Assembly: GCF_000020385.1 (NCBI RefSeq) | Contig: NC_010814.1 | Span: 570,001 to 602,000 of the forward strand | Source of the DNA: Trichlorobacter lovleyi SZ | GTDB lineage: Bacteria > Desulfobacterota > Desulfuromonadia > Geobacterales > Pseudopelobacteraceae | Direction: 5' to 3' | Length of the DNA: 32,000 nucleotides | In this document: positions 1 to 8,106 of the stretch, piece after piece | Numbering within the stretch: position 1 is the stretch's first letter | Layout: each line of letters begins with the position of its first letter | The notes under the pieces: generated by a model | Told to the model about the DNA's origin: nothing | The model's input: the letters and a program-made list of their open reading frames with translations, nothing else | Databases searched by the model: none | Program-made: the position numbers and the translations under genes

Positions 1-9
1 GGTACTGAT

Positions 10-591
10 ATGCATCTACCAGGTGTTAAGATTCCACTGTTGGCGCTGCTGCTGTGCGGAGCGACCGCAAGCTGGGGGGGCGACTACCTCTACGCTCCCA
101 GGCCGGTTGACGGTACTGAGCCGGGTGAAGGAGTACTGGTGCGGGAGATCACGGTAAAAAAAGGTGATACCCTTTCCCACCTTTCTAAACGCTATTCGGG
201 ACGCGGCTATTACTATCCGCAGATCCTGCTTTTTAACGAGATCAGGAATCCGCACCGGATTCAGGTCGGGCAGGTTGTGCGGGTGCCGCTTTCGCACAAG
301 GCCGGCCGGCAGGCGCAGAACAGTCCGGTGGTAGCGCAGGATCAAAGTCAGGTGCAGTCGGCTGAGCCGTCAAAGCAGGCGGCTGAAAGACCGAAAGCTG
401 TACAGCAGCCATCCCTCCGGCAGGGCGAAAAGAACGCCTACAACCATGCCATGGAGAACTTTAAAAAAGGTGATTGCGAGGCGGCAATCAAACAGTTTGA
501 CCGTTTTATCAGCCGCTACCCCTCTTCATCCCTGTTACCGGAAGCAACCTTGAACCGGGCGGAGTGCTACCTGAAGCTTTCAACAAAATAG
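10..591 (+). CDS. Secreted LysM-domain / TPR-like protein
   Basis: ATG at 10. The N-terminus has a hydrophobic signal-like segment (KIPLLALLLCGATASWG). A LysM-like stretch follows (GDTLSHLSKRY...IQVGQVVRVP). The C-terminus has a TPR/YbgF-like helix pair (AYNHAMENFKKGDCEAAIKQFDRFISRYP...AECYLKL). Confidence 0.75.
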   Translation: MHLPGVKIPLLALLLCGATASWGGDYLYAPRPVDGTEPGEGVLVREITVKKGDTLSHLSKRYSGRGYYYPQILLFNEIRNPHRIQVGQVVRVPLSHKAGRQAQNSPVVAQDQSQVQSAEPSKQAAERPKAVQQPSLRQGEKNAYNHAMENFKKGDCEAAIKQFDRFISRYPSSSLLPEATLNRAECYLKLSTK

Positions 592-653
592 CACGCGATA
601 CTTGTCTCTGATTGCTTAGACCTGATATCTCCTCACAGTTCACTCACCATATT

Positions 654-776
654 CTCCGATTCCAGTTCAAGGATGATCTCCAGGCGGCGAGGAATTCGGC
701 GACGTAGGCGTACACGCAGTACGTTGAGGAGCCGAAGGCGAGCCAACGACGAGAGGGCCTTGAAATGGAATCGGAG
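654..776. repeat. 123-nt inverted-repeat element: 19-bp arms (18/19 complementary) flanking an 85-nt core
   Basis: Left arm CTCCGATTCCAGTTCAAGG (654-672). Right arm CCTTGAAATGGAATCGGAG (758-776), whose reverse complement differs at one position. The core contains a small hairpin GCGTAC-ACGCA-GTACGT. The element sits between convergent genes and its right arm abuts the stop codon at 777-779. Confidence 0.5.
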
Positions 777-2063
777 TTACGGCCAGGTAATCACAAAGCC
801 CCGCATCCTGCCCCCCTGGGCATCCCGGTATTGTACCAGCTGCAGACCGGCCAGATCACCCCTGCGGATCTCATAGCCCTCCTTGATCTCGGAAGAGGTT
901 GACCGCATTGCCGTTGCACCGGCCAACTCTTTCAGGGTGCTGGTATAGAAGGATTCCTGGATGCCTGCCCCACTGCGGTCAATGACCTGAATGGCCTTGA
1001 TTGCGCCGTCTTTTTCGCGGAAGACACGATATTCATTGGTTTGGCCGCGATAGTTCTCCCAGCCCGGATTGTCTTTGCCATAGCCGGGGTCCAGCCCTTC
1101 TTTGGGGATAAAGGAGGGCAGGCTGCGGGGACGCCCGCTGCCATGGGAGGAAAACGCCGGTTTCTTTTCCGGCTGAGGAGCCACAGCCGGCGGAGTTGGA
1201 GCTGCTGCCGGTGCCTTTTGTTCTGAAGTGGCCTTGGAAGCCGGTGCTGTCCGGCTTGAACGGTGTTGGAACAGGCTTACCGCCACAACAACCAGCAGGG
1301 TGCCGCTGACCAGCAGGAAGGCGGTTTTGCGGTACCAGGGCTGTGACGGCTCAAAGTCACTGATCAGATGCGGTTCCTGATGCAGATCCCGGATACGCAG
1401 TTCATGCTCATGTCGGTTAAACGGTGCAGGGTCGGGCTGCAGGGTGTCGGATCGGGTATCAAGCTGTTTGCTGAAATCGGAAATGATTGAGATGCCGGGC
1501 CGCCGGGGCAGTTCATAGGTCAGCGGCGCTGCCGGTGTCTGGTCGGATTCAACCGGAACCGGCGGGTCCGGCATGAGTGACAGTTGCTGTTGAACGTTCT
1601 GCGGAGGAAAAACCGGCGGTCGCGTCAGCAGCCCGGGCGGTTCCTGTTCCGGGGAGCCTGGCTGTGGCACCGTAGTCTGTTCTTGGGTTGCGATCGGCTT
1701 TGCCGGCTGATCCTGCTGTTGCAGGAGGCTCAGGAGGGCCTGTTCCAGCTCTTCATCACTCAGGGCAGGGTCAAGTATGATTTCAAACACTGCGGAACTA
1801 TCGCTATCAATGGCGCTTGGTGCGCTGATCAGCCCGAAGCGTGCCGTGCGTTGTCCCAGCCGCGACTTCAGATGTTTATGCAGAATGTCGGCCGACAGAC
1901 CTGCCAGGTGATTCTGGATGAAAACCAGCTCGGGCTTACGGCTCTCAAGCTCTTCGATGCCGCGGTGGATCTCGCTGACCACGGTCAGGCCGGGGATCTG
2001 CCGGGCAAGCCGTTCAAACAGTGCAGTCATACGCGGTATGTCAGTTATGGCAAGTATATCCAT
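777..2063 (-). CDS. Membrane protein with N-terminal receiver-like (pseudo-receiver) domain, Pro-rich linker, one TM helix and a C-terminal extracytoplasmic domain
   Basis: I trimmed track ORF 777..2234 to the ATG at 2061-2063 (MDILAITD...), which is preceded by GGTGGGAGA. The longer form would overlap the gltX 3' end. The protein has a CheY-like alpha/beta pattern, but the phospho-acceptor position reads FIQNH rather than D. The TM segment is AFLLVSGTLLVVVAVSLF. Confidence 0.7.
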   Translation of the reverse strand: MDILAITDIPRMTALFERLARQIPGLTVVSEIHRGIEELESRKPELVFIQNHLAGLSADILHKHLKSRLGQRTARFGLISAPSAIDSDSSAVFEIILDPALSDEELEQALLSLLQQQDQPAKPIATQEQTTVPQPGSPEQEPPGLLTRPPVFPPQNVQQQLSLMPDPPVPVESDQTPAAPLTYELPRRPGISIISDFSKQLDTRSDTLQPDPAPFNRHEHELRIRDLHQEPHLISDFEPSQPWYRKTAFLLVSGTLLVVVAVSLFQHRSSRTAPASKATSEQKAPAAAPTPPAVAPQPEKKPAFSSHGSGRPRSLPSFIPKEGLDPGYGKDNPGWENYRGQTNEYRVFREKDGAIKAIQVIDRSGAGIQESFYTSTLKELAGATAMRSTSSEIKEGYEIRRGDLAGLQLVQYRDAQGGRMRGFVITWP

Positions 2064-2100
2064 GGGTCTCCCACCCTGTCGCCCCGAAAACCGCAGACCG

Positions 2101-3501
2101 TCAGTGTGCCAGGAACTCTCTGGCCCGTTCAATACGTGCAATCGTCTCGTTAACTCCCAGGGCCGTGATGATCTCGCCGATGCCGGGTGCCTGGGTGCTG
2201 CCGGACAGGGCGATCCGCAGAGGCTGACCGACATGGGGCATCTTCCATCCGCCTTCGGCGCAAATCTCCTTCAGCAGCGTATCGAACTCCGGTGCGGCAG
2301 CAGCGGTTGTTGCAGAGAGCCTGGCCGCAACAGCGCTAAAGACTGCTGCCAGATGCGGTTTGTCAAACTTGCTCAGGGCCGCCTCGTCATACTGTTGCGG
2401 TGCCTGGTAGTAGAACAAGGCCCGCTCGGCCATCTCTTCCAGGGTCTGGGCCCGCTCCTGCAGGGTGCTGATGACGCCGGCCAGATCAGGGGTTGAACAG
2501 TCCGCCACACCACGGCCTGCCAGATGGGGTTGCAGTAGTTCAGCCAGCCGGGCGGGGTTGCCGGTTTTGATGTAATGGGCGTTCAGCCAGTTCAGTTTGT
2601 CCGGGTTGAAGACCGAGGGGGAACGGCCCACATTGGCGATATCAAACTTCTGCACCATCTCCTCACGGCTGAAAATTTCATCATCGCCGTTACTCCAGCC
2701 CAGCCGTACCAGATAGTTGTTCAGCGCCTCCGGCAGGTAGCCCATATCACGGTAGGCGATCACGCTGGTGGCACCATGTCGTTTGGAAAGCCGGGCCTTG
2801 TCGCTGCCCAGAATCATCGGCACATGGGCGAAGATCGGCACCGGATAGCCCAATGCCTCATACAACTGGATCTGGCGCGGGGTGTTGTTGACATGGTCGT
2901 CGCCCCGGATGACGTGGGAGATCCGCATCAGGGCATCATCGATCACCACACAGAAGTTGTAGGTGGGGGTGCCGTCGGTGCGGCTGATGATCAGATCATC
3001 CAGCTCGGCATTGGGGAAGGCGATCCTGCCCTTGATCAGGTCGTCAAAGGCTGTTTCTCCCTCTTCCGGGGCCTTGAAGCGGATGACGTGGGGTTGATCC
3101 AGCGGCTGGTCCTGACGGTGGCGGCAGGTGCCGTCGTACTTGGGCTTGCGCCCCTCGGCCATGGCCGCCTCACGCTTGGCCTCCAGCTCCTCCGGTCTGC
3201 ACCAGCAACGGTAGGCCTTGCCTTCATCCAGCAGCTTCTGGACATGCTGCTTGTAGAGCGGAAAGTTATCGGTCTGGTAGAACGGCCCTTCATCCCAGTC
3301 CAGCCCCAGCCACTCCATCCCCTGCAGAATGGCATCCACCGATTGCTGGGTGGAACGCTCAGTGTCGGTATCTTCGATCCGCAGGATAAAGGTGCCGCCG
3401 AAATGACGGGCGTATAGCCAGTTGAACAGGGCGGTGCGGGCACCGCCAACATGCAGGTAGCCGGTGGGCGAAGGGGCAAAGCGAACGCGCAGATCAGACA
3501 T
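2101..3501 (-). CDS. gltX: Glutamyl-tRNA synthetase
   Basis: The class I HIGH region is [23 protein letters not shown] and the KMSKS-type loop is RLSKRHG. At 466 aa the length fits bacterial GltX. An AGGAG sits about 8 nt upstream of the ATG at 3499-3501. Confidence 0.97.
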   Translation of the reverse strand: MSDLRVRFAPSPTGYLHVGGARTALFNWLYARHFGGTFILRIEDTDTERSTQQSVDAILQGMEWLGLDWDEGPFYQTDNFPLYKQHVQKLLDEGKAYRCWCRPEELEAKREAAMAEGRKPKYDGTCRHRQDQPLDQPHVIRFKAPEEGETAFDDLIKGRIAFPNAELDDLIISRTDGTPTYNFCVVIDDALMRISHVIRGDDHVNNTPRQIQLYEALGYPVPIFAHVPMILGSDKARLSKRHGATSVIAYRDMGYLPEALNNYLVRLGWSNGDDEIFSREEMVQKFDIANVGRSPSVFNPDKLNWLNAHYIKTGNPARLAELLQPHLAGRGVADCSTPDLAGVISTLQERAQTLEEMAERALFYYQAPQQYDEAALSKFDKPHLAAVFSAVAARLSATTAAAAPEFDTLLKEICAEGGWKMPHVGQPLRIALSGSTQAPGIGEIITALGVNETIARIERAREFLAH

Positions 3502-3639
3502 CGGTAAAGCTCCTGTAGAATAATTCCTAAGTCATGCCGTGTAATGAAATAAGCCTTATCAGGCATCTACTTGTCAAGCATTGTTAAGGTCTGGGCCGGG
3601 GCAAAATAATGCGGCACCCGGATGAGATACTCCGTTTTT

Positions 3640-3679
3640 TTGACCAAGGTCATGCATTCTGAAAAAAGACTGATATACT
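3640..3679 (+). promoter_or_regulatory. Putative FNR/CRP-family class II promoter of hcp (TTGAC-N4-GTCAT site plus TATACT -10)
   Basis: TTGACCAAGGTCAT lies at 3640-3653 (compare the FNR consensus TTGAT-N4-ATCAA). TATACT lies at 3674-3679. The site centre is about 40-41 bp upstream of a TSS predicted about 7 nt past the -10 box, which matches the classical -41.5 geometry. Confidence 0.45.
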
Positions 3680-3744
3680 CTTCATACCACACAGCCGAGT
3701 AAAACTCATCCATGAGTTACCCACACCAACAAGGAGGATTCACC

Positions 3745-5346
3745 ATGAGCATGTTCTGTAACCAGTGTGAGCAAGCTGCCAACGGTACCGGTTGCAATAT
3801 TTCCGGAGTCTGCGGCAAGAAGCCCGATGTGGCCGCCCTGCAGGATCATCTTCTGTACGGCCTGAAGTCCCTGGCCCTGTATGCCGACAAGCTCGGCCGG
3901 GATGCCGAGATCGACCGTTTCACCATTGAGGCGCTGTTCAGCACCGTCACCAACGTGGACTTTGATCCCGAAGATATCGCCAAACTGATTCAAAAGTGTT
4001 ACCAGCTGAAAGAAAAGGCCAAGGCCGCTTCAGGCGCCGCCATCAGCGGCCCGGTGGCCGACTGGAAGCCTGCTGCCGACCTGGCCACCATGGTTGCCCA
4101 GGGAGAACAGCACGGTATCAACACCCAGCATGTCAATGAGGACATCCGTTCTACGATTGAGATCCTGATGTACGGCCTGAAAGGCATGTCCGCCTATATG
4201 GACCATGCCATGATCCTGGGCCGCAGCAACGATGAGGTCATGGCCTTTTTCCAGAAGGCGCTGGCCGCCACCACCGATGCCAACCTGGGGCTGATGGATT
4301 TCGTGGGGCTCTGCATGGAATGCGGCAAGCAGAACCTGACCGTAATGGGGCTGCTGGATACGGCCCATAATGAAACCTATGGCGCTCCGGTACCGACCCC
4401 GGTCAACCTGGGTACCAAGGCAGGCAAAGGTATCCTGGTGACCGGCCATGACCTGAAGATGCTGGAAGAACTGCTCAAGCAGACCGAAGGCAAGGGGATC
4501 AACATCTATACCCATGGCGAGATGCTGCCGGCCCACGGCTATCCCGGCCTGAAAAAATATCCGCACCTGGTGGGTAACTTCGGCGGTGCCTGGCAGGATC
4601 AGGCCAGGGAATTCCCCAACTTCCCCGGTGCCATCATCTTCAACACCAACTGCATCCAGCGTCCGGCCGACTCCTACAAGGACCGTCTCTACACCTGGGG
4701 CCTGGTACAATGGCCCGGTGTAACCCACATCAACGGCTGGGACTTCTCCGAAGTGATCAACAAGGCGCTGGAGTGTCCGTCTCTGCCGGAAAACCCGGGC
4801 CAGGAGATCCTGACCGGCTTCGGCCACAACGCCGTGCTGGGGGTGGCTGACAAGGTCATTGCTGCGGTCAAGGCCGGTCAGATCAAGCATTTCTTCCTGG
4901 TGGGCGGTTGCGACGGCGCCAAATCAGGCCGCAACTACTACACCGAGTTTGCCGAGAAGGCTCCCCAGGATACCGTCATCCTGACTCTGGCCTGCGGCAA
5001 GTACCGCTTCAACAAGCTGGAGTTCGGCGACATCGGCGGCATCCCGCGCCTGCTGGATATCGGCCAGTGCAACGACGCCTACTCCGCCATCCAGATCGCG
5101 GTGGCCCTGGCCGGCGCCTTTGAGTGCGGCGTGAATGACCTGCCTCTTTCCATGATCCTCTCCTGGTACGAGCAGAAGGCGGTCGTCATCCTGCTGACCC
5201 TGCTGTCGCTGGGGATCAAGAACATCCGCCTGGGACCCTCACTGCCGGCCTTCATCACCCCCAATGTGCTGGCCTTCCTGGTGGAGAACTTCAACATCAT
5301 GCCGATTACCACGGCTGAGGAAGATCTGAAGGCCATCCTGGGGTAG
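3745..5346 (+). CDS. hcp: Hybrid cluster protein / hydroxylamine reductase
   Basis: The N-terminal Cys cluster is MFCNQCEQAANGTGCNISGVCGK. The length and the conserved C-terminal GGCDG...ACGKYRF...GQCNDAYSAI blocks also fit. I moved the start to the ATG at 3745, which has AAGGAGG at 3731-3737. The track start at 3712 has no SD. Confidence 0.95.
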   Translation: MSMFCNQCEQAANGTGCNISGVCGKKPDVAALQDHLLYGLKSLALYADKLGRDAEIDRFTIEALFSTVTNVDFDPEDIAKLIQKCYQLKEKAKAASGAAISGPVADWKPAADLATMVAQGEQHGINTQHVNEDIRSTIEILMYGLKGMSAYMDHAMILGRSNDEVMAFFQKALAATTDANLGLMDFVGLCMECGKQNLTVMGLLDTAHNETYGAPVPTPVNLGTKAGKGILVTGHDLKMLEELLKQTEGKGINIYTHGEMLPAHGYPGLKKYPHLVGNFGGAWQDQAREFPNFPGAIIFNTNCIQRPADSYKDRLYTWGLVQWPGVTHINGWDFSEVINKALECPSLPENPGQEILTGFGHNAVLGVADKVIAAVKAGQIKHFFLVGGCDGAKSGRNYYTEFAEKAPQDTVILTLACGKYRFNKLEFGDIGGIPRLLDIGQCNDAYSAIQIAVALAGAFECGVNDLPLSMILSWYEQKAVVILLTLLSLGIKNIRLGPSLPAFITPNVLAFLVENFNIMPITTAEEDLKAILG

Positions 5347-5500
5347 GGGCAACGATCTTTTTTCGCCCTGATGCAGGTCAAGCAGCGTGGTGAGTTGTGC
5401 GGCGTACTGCTTAGTACGCCTCCGCCTCACCCCTTGCTTACCCCACACAGGGCAAAAAAATCTGCGTTGAGGATAGCTAAGGTGTCTGTGAAACATTTTG

Positions 5501-5540
5501 AATGCGGGCAGTCCCGGAAGGGGCTGCCCGCATTTGTGTC
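5501..5540 (+). terminator. Rho-independent terminator of hcp
   Basis: AATGCGGGCAGTCCC-GGAA-GGGGCTGCCCGCATT forms a 15-bp stem (one G-T pair) with a GGAA tetraloop, followed by TGTGTC. Confidence 0.7.
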
Positions 5541-5611
5541 TGTAACACAACTGAAACTTTACATCTCTGTCACATACCTGTAACATGCGCTCGCTTGTCA
5601 TGATCTGTCAG
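5540..5611 (+). promoter_or_regulatory. Array of three Pho-box-like sites (7-4-7 direct repeats) upstream of the DUF47-PiT operon
   Basis: The three sites are CTGTAAC-ACAA-CTGAAAC (5540-5557), CTGTCAC-ATAC-CTGTAAC (5567-5584) and CTTGTCA-TGAT-CTGTCAG (5594-5611). Compare the E. coli Pho box CTGTCAT-A(A/T)A(A/T)-CTGT(C/A)A(C/T). Box starts are spaced exactly 27 bp apart. Confidence 0.6.
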
Positions 5612-5637
5612 TTGTCTGATATACAAAGGAGAGCAGC

Positions 5638-6255
5638 ATGTTCGGATTGATCCCGAAAGAAGAAAAGTTTTTCAAGATGTTTCAGGATATGGGTGTCATC
5701 ATTACCGAGGGTGCCCAGCAGCTCAAGGTAATGCTGGACGATTACGTTGATCCGCTTGCCAGCCAGCGTCAGATCAAGGATACGGAGCACAAAGGCGACA
5801 ACCAGACTCACCTGATTATCAAGACCCTCAACAAGACCTTCATTACCCCGCTGGACCGCGAAGATATCTATTCCCTGGCCTCAAAACTGGATGACATCAT
5901 TGATCTGATCGACGCCTCGGCCCAGCGCTTCGTGATGTATAATGTTGAAAAACCGACCCCGGAGGCACAGCAACTGGCTTTTATTATCCTGAAATGCTGC
6001 CAGACCGTTGAGCGCGCCTTGAAGCATCTGGGAGGCAAGTTCGAGGATATCAACAACTGCTGTGTCGAGATCAATGCCCTTGAGAATGAGGCGGACCGGG
6101 TCTGCCGTGAGGCGATCAGCCGTCTGTTCGACGAAGAGAAGGATCCGATCAACCTGATCAAGTGGAAAGAGATCTACGAGACGCTGGAAAAAGCCACAGA
6201 CAAGTGTGAAGACGCTGCCAACATCCTGGAAAGCGTGGTAGTGAAAAATGCCTGA
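5638..6255 (+). CDS. PhoU-like DUF47 family protein (Pit accessory / phosphate transport regulator-like)
   Basis: The N-terminus MFGLIPKEEKFFKMF and the helical repeat with DREDIYSL...DDIID...LENEAD are typical of the DUF47/YkaA/OrfA family. AAGGAGAG lies upstream. The gene overlaps the PiT gene by 8 nt. Confidence 0.9.
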   Translation: MFGLIPKEEKFFKMFQDMGVIITEGAQQLKVMLDDYVDPLASQRQIKDTEHKGDNQTHLIIKTLNKTFITPLDREDIYSLASKLDDIIDLIDASAQRFVMYNVEKPTPEAQQLAFIILKCCQTVERALKHLGGKFEDINNCCVEINALENEADRVCREAISRLFDEEKDPINLIKWKEIYETLEKATDKCEDAANILESVVVKNA

Positions 6256-7246
6256 TATTGCCTTGATCATGCTGGTGCTGGTGATTGTCGCCGCACTGGC
6301 CTTTGATTATATCAACGGCTTTCACGATACCGCCAATGCCATTGCCACCTGTGTCTCCACCCGGGCCCTGTCGGTCAAGGCCGCCATCTTCATGGCCGCC
6401 TTCCTGAACTTTGCCGGTGCCATGGTCTCCACCAAGGTGGCCTCGACCATCGGCAAGGGGATTGTGGATGCGAATCATGTCACGCAACTGGTGGTGCTGG
6501 CCGGCATTCTCGGTGCCATTATCTGGAACCTGATTACCTGGTATTACGGCATGCCCTCTTCTTCATCCCACGCCATTATCGGCGGTATCATGGGGGCGGT
6601 CATTGCCCATTCCGGCGCCGCTACGCTGCACTGGAAGGGATTACAGAAGATCGTGATGGCATTGGTCATTTCACCGATCATCGGTGTGGCCATCGGATTT
6701 TTGTTCATGGTGATTGTCATGCGGCTGTTTCACGACAGCAATCCCGGTCCGCTGAACAAGAATTTTCGTAAGCTGCAGGTGGCCTCGGCCGCTTTTATGG
6801 CCTTTTCACACGGTACAGCCGATGCCCAGAAGTCAATGGGTGTCATCACCATGGCCCTGCTTTCCTATGGCCTGATCCCCGCCTTTGACGTCCCGACCTG
6901 GGTCAAGGTCTCCTGCGCCGTTGCCATGGGACTGGGGACTGCCGCCGGTGGCTGGCGGATCATCAAGACTATCGGCAAGGACTTTGTCAAACTGCAACCG
7001 GTGCATGGGTTCTGTGTTGAAACCGCTGCAGCCGGCGTTATTCTCGGCGCTTCCTCCATCGGTATGCCGGTCAGCACCACCCACGTGATCACCTCGACCA
7101 TTCTGGGGGTCGGGGTCTCCAAGCGCCTGACCGCGGTCAACTGGAATGTTGCCAAGCGGATCGTCTGGGCCTGGGTCCTGACCATCCCGGCCGCTGCGCT
7201 GGTCGCGTTCATGACCTATCAGGTCTTGCTGCCGTTACTTGGCTGA
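6248..7246 (+). CDS. pit: Inorganic phosphate transporter, PiT family
   Basis: The PiT signature NGFHDTANAIAT is present near the N-terminus, and a second copy (HGTADAQKSMG) appears later. The protein is polytopic and hydrophobic, 332 aa. Confidence 0.95.
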   Translation: MPDIALIMLVLVIVAALAFDYINGFHDTANAIATCVSTRALSVKAAIFMAAFLNFAGAMVSTKVASTIGKGIVDANHVTQLVVLAGILGAIIWNLITWYYGMPSSSSHAIIGGIMGAVIAHSGAATLHWKGLQKIVMALVISPIIGVAIGFLFMVIVMRLFHDSNPGPLNKNFRKLQVASAAFMAFSHGTADAQKSMGVITMALLSYGLIPAFDVPTWVKVSCAVAMGLGTAAGGWRIIKTIGKDFVKLQPVHGFCVETAAAGVILGASSIGMPVSTTHVITSTILGVGVSKRLTAVNWNVAKRIVWAWVLTIPAAALVAFMTYQVLLPLLG

Positions 7247-7277
7247 GTATCTTCTGTGAAGAATAATTGATATGTAC

Positions 7278-7308
7278 AAGGCTGCTTCTGTTTGGAAGCA
7301 GCCTTTTT
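7278..7308 (+). terminator. Rho-independent terminator after pit
   Basis: AAGGCTGCTTC-TGTTTG-GAAGCAGCCTT forms a perfect 11-bp stem followed by a T-run. Confidence 0.8.
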
Positions 7309-7323
7309 GCATTCTGCCACAAA

Positions 7324-7369
7324 CTGTTTGCACTGGCGTAACAAGCCTGTAACGTTGCTCTGGTACTGT
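7324..7369 (+). promoter_or_regulatory. Pho-box-like site and -10 candidate upstream of phoB (possible autoregulation)
   Basis: GCGTAAC-AAGC-CTGTAAC lies at 7336-7353, with a further in-phase heptad CTGTTTG at 7324. TACTGT lies at 7364-7369, exactly 10 bp downstream of the box as in E. coli Pho promoters. Confidence 0.45.
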
Positions 7370-7423
7370 TACAGTCCAGAATACACGTGTCATCTGATAT
7401 TGATGATACAGGAGATACCAGCG

Positions 7424-8104
7424 ATGAAAAAAGTCTTGATAGTTGAGGATGAACGAGATCTGGCGGAGCTGCTGGCCTATAACCTTGAAAAAGAGGGTTA
7501 TCAGGCCCTGGTGACCGGCACCGGGGTGGAAGGGCTGGAGACGGCCCGCCGCGAGTTGCCGGACCTGATCCTGCTTGATCTGATGTTGCCCGGCATGATG
7601 GGAACCGAGGTCTGCTCTGCCCTGCGGCACAGCGACAAGACCCGCGGCATACCGGTGCTGATGCTGACGGCTCGCGGTGATGAAATTGACCGTGTGGTGG
7701 GGTTTGAGATGGGGGCGGACGATTACATTGTTAAGCCGTTCTCTATGCGGGAGTTAATGTTGCGGATTCGTGCCATTCTGCGGCGCAGCAGCCAGGAACC
7801 GGATACGACTGAGCGTCAGATCACCATGGGGACGATTGTGATTGACTGTGCCAGCCACCGGGTCACCGTAGCCGGCAGCGAGATCGAGCTGACCAGCACG
7901 GAATACAAGCTGCTGCTCTATCTGGCTGAACATGGCGGCCGGGTCATGAAGCGTGAACTGCTGCTGCAGGATGTCTGGGGCTATAATTTTGTGGGCGACA
8001 CCCGTACGGTCGATACCCATGTGACCCGTTTACGTAACAAGCTGGGGGATGCCGGCGAGATGATCAAGACCGTGCGTGGCTTTGGCTACAAGCTGGAGGA
8101 ATAA
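7424..8104 (+). CDS. phoB: Phosphate regulon response regulator, OmpR/PhoB family
   Basis: I moved the start to the ATG at 7424 (MKKVLIVEDE), with GGAGA at 7411-7415. MLTARGDEIDRVVGFEMGADDYIVKPFSMREL closely parallels E. coli PhoB [32 protein letters not shown]. The C-terminal domain is a winged helix. Confidence 0.9.
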   Translation: MKKVLIVEDERDLAELLAYNLEKEGYQALVTGTGVEGLETARRELPDLILLDLMLPGMMGTEVCSALRHSDKTRGIPVLMLTARGDEIDRVVGFEMGADDYIVKPFSMRELMLRIRAILRRSSQEPDTTERQITMGTIVIDCASHRVTVAGSEIELTSTEYKLLLYLAEHGGRVMKRELLLQDVWGYNFVGDTRTVDTHVTRLRNKLGDAGEMIKTVRGFGYKLEE

Positions 8105-8106
8105 CC

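Noticed and set aside
654-776. Reading the inverted-repeat element as a retron msr/msd, tRNA, riboswitch or CRISPR repeat
   Set aside because: There is no adjacent reverse transcriptase, no tRNA cloverleaf or T-loop, no match to riboswitch cores I know (GEMM, TPP, cobalamin), and only one copy in the window.
673-876. 67-aa Arg-rich ORF (MISRRRGIRRRRRTRS...) crossing the inverted-repeat element
   Set aside because: The sequence is extreme and low in complexity, has no SD, and runs into the 3' end of the convergent gene. It is most likely a by-product of the GC-rich repeat.
2064-2234. N-terminal 57-codon extension of the 777..2234 ORF
   Set aside because: The extension would overlap the gltX 3' end by 134 nt and has no SD. 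The internal ATG at 2061-2063 has a strong GGTGGGAGA SD and begins the receiver-like fold.
3712-3744. Upstream ATG for hcp given in the ORF track
   Set aside because: It has no SD, whereas the ATG at 3745 has AAGGAGG at ideal spacing and yields the canonical MSMFCNQCEQ N-terminus.
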